Positions 1 through 8,500 of a stretch of DNA of 52,740 nucleotides are shown here, piece after piece; positions within the stretch are counted from its first letter, which is position 1; each line of letters starts with the position of its first letter. Origin of the DNA: a virus (Duplodnaviria; Caudoviricetes); the IMG/VR virus record IMGVR_UViG_3300025127_000054, positions 1 to 52,740 of that record; one strand, 5' to 3'. Under the pieces are notes generated by a model, which saw only the letters and a program-made list of their open reading frames with translations, was not told the DNA's origin and made no database searches. The position numbers and the translations under genes are program-made.

Positions 1-203
1 GGCATGTCATAAGGACCGTCAAGTTTCTTTTTATATTCTCTCTCATCTAATACTTCATTAATAAGTTGTTTTAATTCAACCTTCAATGCATCTGATAAAA
101 GATTCATTTTATTCACCTGCATGGGTGAGATAGCAGCACGTTGTTCTTCTATAGATCTACCGCTACCACCTTTACCATACGACATACCCTGTGTGTTAAT
201 CAC
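1..203 (-). CDS. Hypothetical cyanophage protein, 3'-truncated by the window edge
   Basis: Read by hand: GTG ATT AAC ACA CAG GGT ATG TCG... = (M)INTQGMSYGKGGSGRSIEEQRAAISPMQVNKMNLLSDALKVELKQLINEVLDEREYKKKLDGPYDM, open to base 1. GGAGG lies 4 nt upstream of the GTG, which overlaps the end of the previous gene. Alternative ATG at 185. Confidence 0.75.
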   Translation of the reverse strand, partial: MINTQGMSYGKGGSGRSIEEQRAAISPMQVNKMNLLSDALKVELKQLINEVLDEREYKKKLDGPYDM

Positions 204-489
204 GTTGCCTCCAATCATCAGATCTACTATTTTTAAAGAAATCTGCTATATCTTCTGCACCTTGAAATCCTCTTTTAGATTTACGTGGATCACCTATATC
301 CAAATACTTAAGACAAGATCCGTCTTCATCTATTGATAATCTTCTTGCTTGACTTAACATACCTCTCGCTGATGTGTTTGCCTTTGATAATTTCTCTGCC
401 CATATCATATCATCTATTCCTACTTCTGTTCCTGCTGCAATTGATTTGCAGATTCCTTCTAACCGAAGGCGGTATTGTGTAGATAACAT
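196..489 (-). CDS. Conserved hypothetical cyanophage protein (97 aa)
   Basis: ORF track; MLSTQYRLRLEGICK...DMIWAEKL...DDWRQRD resembles a family I recall from T4-like cyanophages; co-oriented with the operon. Confidence 0.85.
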   Translation of the reverse strand: MLSTQYRLRLEGICKSIAAGTEVGIDDMIWAEKLSKANTSARGMLSQARRLSIDEDGSCLKYLDIGDPRKSKRGFQGAEDIADFFKNSRSDDWRQRD

Positions 490-522
490 TTACTAATATG
501 TTTGATAAGTTTGTACTATCTA

Positions 523-645
523 TTAACCTAACAAATACCTTTTTATTTTCCGTTCTGATTTCAAAAGAAATCTACTGATTCTTGTAAGAATTGGTACATT
601 TTTTCTTCTATAAACTGGTAGTATTTCTTTGAAACGATGTGTCAT
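523..645 (-). CDS. Small basic hypothetical protein (40 aa)
   Basis: Read by hand: MTHRFKEILPVYRRKNVPILTRISRFLLKSERKIKRYLLG*; its start overlaps the upstream stop as ATGA (642-645). Confidence 0.6.
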   Translation of the reverse strand: MTHRFKEILPVYRRKNVPILTRISRFLLKSERKIKRYLLG

Positions 646-806
646 TGCCAATATTCGTCAAGTACATCAAAGCATTTATTAAGGTATTCATTCGCTCCTA
701 TACATTCCCACTTACCTTTCTCTCCGATCTCACACTTGTAGTGTAGTTCTCTTTTGAGTTGCATTAGTCTATTGGTCATTGCAACCTTGTCTAGTCTTCC
801 GTTCAT
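642..806 (-). CDS. Small hypothetical protein (54 aa)
   Basis: Read by hand: MNGRLDKVAMTNRLMQLKRELHYKCEIGEKGKWECIGANEYLNKCFDVLDEYWQ*; GAGG upstream, starts 1 nt after the previous stop. Confidence 0.8.
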   Translation of the reverse strand: MNGRLDKVAMTNRLMQLKRELHYKCEIGEKGKWECIGANEYLNKCFDVLDEYWQ

Positions 807-807
807 A

Positions 808-966
808 TTAGTCCTCTAATATACAATACTCTGCAGCATGGGGATTATTAAAATCTGGTAGATCTTCCCTTGCTTGTTTTATAGCGTTATACGCATCGTC
901 TGCATACTCACAAATTTCATAGTGAGCGTTAAGGTTATCATGGTAACCTACTGTGTAATGTGACAT
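808..966 (-). CDS. Small acidic hypothetical protein (52 aa), resembling a picocyanobacterial small-protein family
   Basis: Read by hand: MSHYTVGYHDNLNAHYEICEYADDAYNAIKQAREDLPDFNNPHAAEYCILED*; closely coupled to the next ORF. Confidence 0.8.
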   Translation of the reverse strand: MSHYTVGYHDNLNAHYEICEYADDAYNAIKQAREDLPDFNNPHAAEYCILED

Positions 967-984
967 TTTAACAGCACAATTCTA

Positions 985-1007
985 CTATACTAGCTATAAT
1001 AGTATAG
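985..1007. other. Perfect 8-bp inverted repeat in the intergenic gap (CTATACTA-7nt-TAGTATAG)
   Basis: Directly visible; about 20 nt upstream of the ATG at 966; no U-tract. Confidence 0.45.
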
Positions 1008-1112
1008 CACTTGAGTATGTAGTTTGGTATCAATTATTGCTTTTTGCTGATATTACTGGGTTGCTTACAGCAACTCTCATCATGCTCTTTTTGTAGAGCA
1101 TCTATAGCGTTC

Positions 1113-1781
1113 TTAATTGTAGTGATACGCTTTTTTGTTTGTTTTTGGGAGTTTTCCACTTCTGATTTTTGTTCCTGATGTCTCACCTTCACCTTTTGGA
1201 TTTTTACCTGGATTGGATTTCCCTAGATTTACTGATTTGCTTGGTTTCTTACTTTGTGTATCGTGTAGTCTTGCAGGTTTGTCTTTGTCTTTTGTAATTA
1301 CTGATTCTTGACCATGTTTACGACCAAGACGACGCATTACTTTTCCAAATCTACGTTTTGACATTCCTTTTTTAGGACTTGTTTGGTACGTGACCTCACG
1401 ACCTGTACCTTCTTTGCCATCGTCAGATTTGTATTTATACTCTCCTACACCCTTCTTGTAACCAATACCCTTTTTCTTTAAATCTTTTTCGAGACCTTTA
1501 CGTTTAGCTCGATTTTCTTTTTCATCTGATCCTCTGTCAGCACTTATGTTACCAGTCTGTTTTGTCTTAGACTTACTTAACATACGTGTAGTAGGGTTGC
1601 CCTCTACTAATTTTACGAAATCCTGATAATACATAACCTTTAAGTTTTCCTTTTGTGCTAACTTATTGGCAGTTGCATACATGACACTTTTAGCGTCATC
1701 ACCATATAAGCGATTGAAACTTTTCTTTTTGCGTTTCATCGCCATTACAATTTTTTCTGCCTTTTGATTAACAGCTGGCAT
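1113..1781 (-). CDS. Very basic Lys-rich hypothetical protein, candidate internal head protein (222 aa)
   Basis: ORF track; TAATG overlap at 1781; extreme K/R content; internal MYYQDFVKLVE motif. Confidence 0.85.
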   Translation of the reverse strand: MPAVNQKAEKIVMAMKRKKKSFNRLYGDDAKSVMYATANKLAQKENLKVMYYQDFVKLVEGNPTTRMLSKSKTKQTGNISADRGSDEKENRAKRKGLEKDLKKKGIGYKKGVGEYKYKSDDGKEGTGREVTYQTSPKKGMSKRRFGKVMRRLGRKHGQESVITKDKDKPARLHDTQSKKPSKSVNLGKSNPGKNPKGEGETSGTKIRSGKLPKTNKKAYHYN

Positions 1782-2314
1782 TATCCACCAACTACTTGTA
1801 TCTCTTCTAATGCTATGGCATTGCCTGTGACTGCTACTTTAGTAGCACGTTTCATAACTGCCTGAGAACCAGAAGCATATGTGTAATCTGCAGATGCACT
1901 GGAAGAATCTATATCGGTGCTAACGAAGTTACCTACAACTGCAGTTATCTTTTTACCTGCAGTTCCTGCAGAAAGAAAGTTGCTATCAATAGCAGGTGAA
2001 GTACCATCATCTTCTACAGCAATAAAATCGCCCACTGAAAATGGATGACTTGATGATGTTTCTTGTAGGTGTCTACCTAATGTATAATCTGCTGTGGAAT
2101 CATCAACACCTTTTACAATTTTTGCATGACCAGGCTTACCACCTTTAAGTAGTATTGCTTCGTCTTGAATTATTGTAATTGCAGGACCGTCATTAAATGC
2201 TACAGTAGCATCTCCTGCGGTTGCTACAACACGATAGAATCCAGTCTTTACAACTTGATATTCTGTCGCACCTGCTGCAATGGCGTTAGTACTTAATACG
2301 TTTAGAACTGTCAT
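1781..2314 (-). CDS. Conserved hypothetical / putative virion structural protein (177 aa)
   Basis: ORF track; beta-rich A/G/T/V composition; ATGA overlap with gp16; late-promoter motif 32 nt upstream. Confidence 0.85.
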   Translation of the reverse strand: MTVLNVLSTNAIAAGATEYQVVKTGFYRVVATAGDATVAFNDGPAITIIQDEAILLKGGKPGHAKIVKGVDDSTADYTLGRHLQETSSSHPFSVGDFIAVEDDGTSPAIDSNFLSAGTAGKKITAVVGNFVSTDIDSSSASADYTYASGSQAVMKRATKVAVTGNAIALEEIQVVGG

Positions 2315-2745
2315 TTCTTGTCTGTTGTCTTGTCTTCCGTATCTTTATTTATGTTTTTTAACATCTTCTGTAAATCAGTAGTGCTTCCTACGAAGAGTGC
2401 ATTAGTAGTATTGTTAGTCACCTTCTTATCTTCTGCATCCAATTCTTTCATCTTTCGTTGTAAATCTATAAGTTTCTCTGTAGTATCTGCAACGTTTTTA
2501 ATCATTAATGCAGCAACTTCATATGCTCTTGGATGATCACTGCTCTGTGCGACCTCTAGGATCCCATCTACTGCCTCTTGTCCTTTAGAAACTAGATTAT
2601 GCATCTGTGCACGTGCAGTCTCGTAGTCATGTCTTACATCATCCTCTTGACTTTTCTTAAGAAGAGGTTTAACTTTATCGACATGCTTCTTCAAATCACC
2701 TTTCGGTTCTTCTCCAAATGCTTTATCTAGTCCAGAAAATTCCAT
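2311..2745 (-). CDS. gp16: Terminase small subunit (T4 gp16-like)
   Basis: DYETARAQMHNL...HPRAYEVA...NNTTNALFVGSTTDLQKMLK motifs typical of T4-like gp16; directly follows gp15. Confidence 0.95.
   Translation of the reverse strand: MEFSGLDKAFGEEPKGDLKKHVDKVKPLLKKSQEDDVRHDYETARAQMHNLVSKGQEAVDGILEVAQSSDHPRAYEVAALMIKNVADTTEKLIDLQRKMKELDAEDKKVTNNTTNALFVGSTTDLQKMLKNINKDTEDKTTDKK
2346..2353 (-). promoter_or_regulatory. T4-type late promoter (CATAAATA)
   Basis: ATAAATA core inside the 3' end of gp16, 32 nt upstream of the next start codon. Confidence 0.6.
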
Positions 2746-3776
2746 TAGATGTTCTCATCCTGTCCACTTACAGGATTATATTTCTTCATGTCAGTATACT
2801 CAGAGAACAATTCACCAAATCCAAAGTCGTCATCAGATTCTACTAAAGCATGATCATCAGCATTAACTATGAATACATTTGATCCTACACTATGTACAGT
2901 AGGAGTTGTCTTCTCATATCCTCTAATAACACTTAGATTATTACCAACCTTGTTAGAGACTCTCATGAGTTCATTACCAATGTATATGTTGTCCCATTGA
3001 TTGATACCAGAAGCATTGGCAACTGCAAATCCAGTAGCAGTTTTACTAATAGTTCCAGAAAGAGTTGTTGCTACTGTACCATCTCTATCAATAGTAGATT
3101 CTGGTTGTACAGTATATCTCTTTGCTCTTGGTGCTGTAGCAGTGTCTGTATTTGCGTAGTAATCGACTTGAGTCTTCCTGACAACTTTTGCATCTGTGAC
3201 AGGACCGTAAAGGTATGTTTTAGCAGTAAATGATAGAGTGTATATAATTGCTCTACGAGTTGCAAAATCTCCCTCATAATCATCTTCATAGTCTATATTG
3301 TTTAAGACTATAGGTACGTCTTTAGTTTCTCCAACAGTTGTTAATAATTTTACAGATAGATTATAATGAGGTTGGAATATAGGTAATATCTGTTCTATAA
3401 TTTGCAGTCCATCATCTTGGTTCTTTGCTATGACTGCTAACTCAAAACCTATGTTATATGGCACAGGCATGTATACATTTTTATTTTCGTCTGAGTCTTT
3501 CTTAAATTTAATTTTTTGTGTAGGTGAAACTTTTCTTGTTGCATCATATGATATATCATTAATCTCAAATGAAAGTCTTGGAAGAGTTATCTGTACTCTT
3601 TTATTTGTAGGATCTGGATTCTGATCTAAACGTGCTAAGAATTTTTGTTTAGGACCATATGCAAGAGGTACTTTCATAACCTCATCCGATCTACGGATTT
3701 CTATGTTATTAAACAGAGTTCCGAAAGATACAATTGTCTTACGAAATATTTCGTTGTATGAATAAGTTCCTAGCAT
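2745..3776 (-). CDS. gp15: Tail sheath stabiliser / tail terminator (T4 gp15-like) with an inserted C-proximal beta module
   Basis: FGTLFNNI...KVPLAYGPKQKFLARL...ITLPRLSFE...PVPYNI..ELA...QIIEQILPIFQP motifs; gp13-gp14-gp15-gp16 synteny. Confidence 0.95.
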   Translation of the reverse strand: MLGTYSYNEIFRKTIVSFGTLFNNIEIRRSDEVMKVPLAYGPKQKFLARLDQNPDPTNKRVQITLPRLSFEINDISYDATRKVSPTQKIKFKKDSDENKNVYMPVPYNIGFELAVIAKNQDDGLQIIEQILPIFQPHYNLSVKLLTTVGETKDVPIVLNNIDYEDDYEGDFATRRAIIYTLSFTAKTYLYGPVTDAKVVRKTQVDYYANTDTATAPRAKRYTVQPESTIDRDGTVATTLSGTISKTATGFAVANASGINQWDNIYIGNELMRVSNKVGNNLSVIRGYEKTTPTVHSVGSNVFIVNADDHALVESDDDFGFGELFSEYTDMKKYNPVSGQDENI

Positions 3777-4702
3777 TAGATTGTGTTATCAGTAATAGAT
3801 CCGACTGAACCAAATGGGTTTGCTTCAGTAAAGTCAATGATCTGATTGTCAAGAGTTTCAAAGTCATTGTTTTGATCGTACTCAGTATTAGCATTGTCGA
3901 TCGTATTATATGTAGCAGTTGTAAAGGATGCACCCGAAGTACCACCTGTCAAAGTTTCTGGTACTGTAAATGTTCCAGAACGATTAATAACAATAAGTGT
4001 TCTTGTAGAATTATCCCAAGATTTAACCTCAGCAGTTACGTTAGATGTACCCCCAGTGACAGTTTCACCAACGGTAAAGTCTCCAGTACCACCTGCAACA
4101 AGACCAACTGTAATAGCATTTGCAAAAGCAGTCTCGATAGCATCGAGTTCTGTAATACCTGTATTGATCTCTTCGTCGCTGTACTCGAATAGTTCACATT
4201 GACACTCCCAAACATAGTTTCTACCTAACTGATAGAAAGGTCTTTCTACTTCTACAAATTTTATTTCAAACAGATGTTTAGTTATAGGAAACCAAATTAA
4301 ATCCCCTTCGTTTGGTCTCCCTTCGACGTTAAGGACTGTAGAATCGTCCACGTTTTCTTTAAATTTTTCACGGGAGAATATAAAAGTTGTCTTGTCTTCA
4401 ATACGGATTCCAAATTTTGTAAGTAACTCACCTTGTCCTTCCCATCCTTCAACATTATTGACGTAAGCTCTGATAGGTTTCGCTGACTCAAATTTTCCAT
4501 CCGAATCTTCCTCAAAGATTGAATCTTGACTGACAATCGTTCTCGGAACATAGTAAATGTCTTGCCCATAAATCTCGATACTTTCTACAACTAAGTTTTC
4601 AATAAATTTTTGCTCCTGTGCAGAAGCATTTGCTTTCAATCTTCCTGCACTAGCATAGTTAGACTGAACGTAATCTTGAGCTGGTGAATTCTGTATTGCC
4701 AT
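3776..4702 (-). CDS. gp14: Neck protein (T4 gp14-like)
   Basis: EQKFIENLVVESIEIYGQDIYYVPR, RPNEGDLIWFP, FYQLG, CELFEYSDE and C-terminal DFTEANPFG motifs. Confidence 0.95.
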   Translation of the reverse strand: MAIQNSPAQDYVQSNYASAGRLKANASAQEQKFIENLVVESIEIYGQDIYYVPRTIVSQDSIFEEDSDGKFESAKPIRAYVNNVEGWEGQGELLTKFGIRIEDKTTFIFSREKFKENVDDSTVLNVEGRPNEGDLIWFPITKHLFEIKFVEVERPFYQLGRNYVWECQCELFEYSDEEINTGITELDAIETAFANAITVGLVAGGTGDFTVGETVTGGTSNVTAEVKSWDNSTRTLIVINRSGTFTVPETLTGGTSGASFTTATYNTIDNANTEYDQNNDFETLDNQIIDFTEANPFGSVGSITDNTI

Positions 4703-4703
4703 A

Positions 4704-5510
4704 TTAGCCTACAATATCCAATGGTGGTGTTTCATAACGATCACGAAGATCTTTTTCAAGATCTGCCTTGAATGTACTAGCATCTTCAAGGATTTGACGA
4801 CCATTAAGAGTCACCCCACCTAACATTTGAATACCATCATACTTGCTTAAGTTTCTACCCCATTGCTGTTGGAATAGTGCCTCAACATAATCCTTCAACC
4901 AGTTATCATTATACATGTCTGTATAGGTATCTGGATCTTGACGCATTGTCATGTCTACCATTATATAGTCTCCTACTGTGAGGTCGTCCCAGTCAAAGTC
5001 TAAGTAAAGTCTATTAGAATGTTCATTCCATTTAACTCTTCTATTTGCTTGAGAGTTAGTTACAAAGTCAAGAGTTTCTAAGTATTGAGATGTTAGGAAA
5101 TAGTGTAATATCTGTCCATGAGTCATGGAGTAGATATCATTTAAAAATATTTGATATTTAATATTGAAAATATTACCTGGTACTATACTTGATGCACCTA
5201 TGTTTGTATATACATGGTTAACACCTAAAGTACCTGGTGGTGTAGATACGTAATTATCTTGTCCATACCAAGGAGTTGATCCTTCTTGAGTAAATCCTTT
5301 TGCCTGTGTTTTGATAGCTTCAGTAACTTCAATTCTCATAAAGGTTTGAATACTACCATTGTAATGATATTCTTGGTAGTAATCTATTGCCTCTTCTATC
5401 AAATCATCTAGTTGTTCAGTCGCAACGTTAATATCTATCGTAGGATATCCTAATCTACGAAGAGCATAGTCTTTTAATTCTGTTTTACTTGCAGGTCTTG
5501 TAGCAGACAT
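4704..5510 (-). CDS. gp13: Neck protein (T4 gp13-like)
   Basis: ELKDYALRRLGYPTIDINV...QLDD, WLKDYVEAL..QQWGRNLSKY.G.QMLGGVTLNG motifs. Confidence 0.95.
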   Translation of the reverse strand: MSATRPASKTELKDYALRRLGYPTIDINVATEQLDDLIEEAIDYYQEYHYNGSIQTFMRIEVTEAIKTQAKGFTQEGSTPWYGQDNYVSTPPGTLGVNHVYTNIGASSIVPGNIFNIKYQIFLNDIYSMTHGQILHYFLTSQYLETLDFVTNSQANRRVKWNEHSNRLYLDFDWDDLTVGDYIMVDMTMRQDPDTYTDMYNDNWLKDYVEALFQQQWGRNLSKYDGIQMLGGVTLNGRQILEDASTFKADLEKDLRDRYETPPLDIVG

Positions 5511-5516
5511 AGTTTA

Positions 5517-8500
5517 TTAACCGAATGAACTGATAGTTAAGTTAGTTACATCATTAGCACCAACTGTTTCTCCTTTCTTAAAGAATCCAGATACATTATC
5601 AACTGTGACCGATGAGGAATCCATGGCTGTTATAACTCCCGAACTGTTGGAAGTTGTTCCAGTCAGTGTTGCTCCAATCTCCATAGTTGTGATGTCGGAT
5701 AGACTGAAGGTAGCATTAGTGAATACAGTTGCAACGTTAACAGTTGCGTTAGTAAAGATCGTAGCAATATCAATTGTTGCTCCATTTCCATGAATCTCTG
5801 ATACTGGGATTGTACATCCATTTCCATGAATTGCAGATACTGGAATCTGTGCTCCATTTCCATGAATCGCTGTGACATCAAAGGTAAGATCAGCACCACC
5901 GCCACCACCTAATTGAGCATCGGCAACTGTAACTGTCTCATTAACAATGAAACCTGATCCATCATCTGTGACAGTGATAGAATCAACAGTACCACCAACT
6001 CCAATAACAACGGTGAATGTTGCATTAGCACCTGATGCCTGAGTAGCATAATCAGATGTTCCTAAGGTATAAGTGCCAGGAGTTCTTGATGAATCAGTTG
6101 CACCAAAGTTTCCTACGGTCTTAATACCAGATGCATTAGCGTTAACAATAGTTATAACTTCGGATGCTGCATATCCAGATCCATCGTTATTAATTGTTGC
6201 ATCTGTTATAACTCCATTTGAAGTTGTAATATCAAGAGTCAATCCAGTTCCTGATCCAGATGATGTTGTAGCGATAGCAGTTCCGTTTGCGTATCCTGTA
6301 CCTGGATCGCTGAATGAACCAAGAGTCTTAACGCCACCTGAGTTAGCATTTACGATTGTAATAGTATCTGAAGCTGTATATCCAGATCCATCATCATTAA
6401 TTGCTACTGCTGTAATCGCACCAGAGGCATCTACAGATGATATGTCAACGGTAAAGTTTGAACCAGATCCATCATTGGTTGTTGCGATTGCAGTTCCAGT
6501 TGCGTATCCTGTTCCTGCAGTAGCGATAGATCCAAGTGTCTTAACACCAGATGCATTAGCATTTACGATTGTAATAGTATCATCAACTGCGTATCCAGAT
6601 CCTGCACCATTTATTGCTACACCTGTGACAACTCCATTTGAAGTTGTTAAGTTAAGTGTTAAACCAGATCCAGAACCAACAGTTGTTGTAGCAATAGCAG
6701 TTCCGTTTGCATATCCTGTACCACCTACAAGTGTGTCAACTGTTGCTGCACCACCTGCGTTAGGGTTCGTAATTGTGATTGTATCACCTGCAGCATATCC
6801 TGTTCCTACAGCATTAATAACAACGTTTGTTATTGCTCCGTTTCCATCGACTGTAGTATTGACTGTTAGGGCATCATCACCAGATCCAGAGTTTGTTGTA
6901 GCAACACCAGTTCCTGCTGAAAATCCACCAACACCACCAGATAATGTACCCAAGTTAAGAGTATCAACACCACCAAGATTGGAGTTAGGAATTGTTATTG
7001 TTTCTCCTATCACATAATCAGTTCCTGCTTGATTCAATGCAATTGCTGTAATAGCACCATCAGCATTTACTGTAGTATCAACTGTCAATCCAGTTCCTAA
7101 TGCAGATGCTGTTGTGGCAACGTTTGTCCCAGCTGTGTATCCACCAACACCATTTGATGATATTGATCCAAGAGTGACAACTGAACCAGGTGTAGGATCA
7201 CCAGATAGATTTAGTTTTAATGTAGTAGAAGTTGCAAGATTATTCAACATTGCTTTGAGTTGCTCAAACGCATGATCAAGTTTTGTTTGTACTCTTGCTT
7301 CTGTATGATATAGATTAGTTCCTTCTGCAAGGTTTGTAGTAGTCTTCTGACTTAGATCTAAGTTTGCACCAGTCGCAGCAGCAACTCTTGCATCTGCTCT
7401 AGTATCTGTAAAGAATACGTTTGTAGATCCTTCAGTTAGATTATCAGTATTGATATCTGACTGAGTTACAGCAAGTCCACCTGCACCATCATGCTCAATA
7501 CCTGTACCATATGTAAAGTGTCCTCTGGTTCTTGCAGCAGTAGTGTATAGATTATTAAGTCCTTCAGATAAAGCATCAGTATCATGATTATTAATATTCG
7601 CTGCTTGAGTTGCAGTTCCAGTTAAATTACCTGTAATAGTAGTGATGGCAGCAGCGTCAGCAAAAACGTTCATGTACTTTTTAGTACTAGAACCTAGACT
7701 GTATACTCCATTTGTATCAGGAATTATATTAGCTGATTCAGTTGTATTTGCTACAAGATTACCTGTGACATTACCGACCAAATTACCTGTAGTAGTACCA
7801 ATAGAAGCAGCATCAGCAAAAATATTTTGCCATTTTAAGGTAGAAGAACCTAAATCATATGTTGAATTTAAAGCAGGATCTATATCCTTAGCTTGAGTTG
7901 TTGCAGCTTCAAGATTACCAGTAAGATTACCAACTACATTACCTGTGACAGTACCAATAGAAGCAGCGTCAGCAAAAATATCTTGCCATTTTAAGGAACT
8001 AGAACCTAAGTCGTATGTTGAATTTAAAGCAGGTTTAATATCTTTAGCTTCAGTTGTAGCTGCTAAAAGATTACCTGTAAGATTACCAACTACATTACCT
8101 GTAGTAGTAGCAATAGCAGCAGCATCAGCGTAAATATTTTGCCATTTTAAGGTAGAAGAACCTAAATCGTATGTTGAATTTGTATCGGGTTTAATATCTT
8201 TAGCTAAAGTGGTAGCTGCTACAAGATTACCTGTGACATTACCAGTCAAATTACCTGTAATAGCATCAATATTTCCTGCATCAGCATGAATATTTGCCCA
8301 TTGTTTAGTGCTAGAACCTAAATCGTACGATGAATTTAAAGTAGGAACTATATTTTTGGATTCAGTTGTAGTTGCTACAAGATTACCCGTTACATTACCG
8401 ACCAAATTACCTGTGGTGGTGGCGATTGCAGCAGCATCAGCATGAATATTTGCCCATTTTAAGGTAGAAGAACCTAAATCGTACGATGAATTTAAAGCAG

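Noticed and set aside
121-336. 71-aa plus-strand ORF
   Set aside because: Lies antisense across two better-supported minus-strand genes (1-203 and 196-489).
995-1033. Sigma70-like boxes (TTGATA...TATACT on the minus strand; TATAAT on the plus strand)
   Set aside because: The minus-strand spacer is 21 nt, too long; the plus-strand -10 box has no -35 box and no downstream gene.
1432-1439. Perfect TATAAATA on the minus strand
   Set aside because: Mid-gene (Tyr-Lys-Tyr codons), more than 200 nt from any plausible start; may be chance in AT-rich DNA, so not called as a promoter.
6073-7017. 314-aa plus-strand ORF and the many other 60-120-aa plus-strand ORFs
   Set aside because: Antisense shadows of G/T/A/V-rich repetitive minus-strand genes; low-complexity P/V/A/I translations with no recognisable motif.
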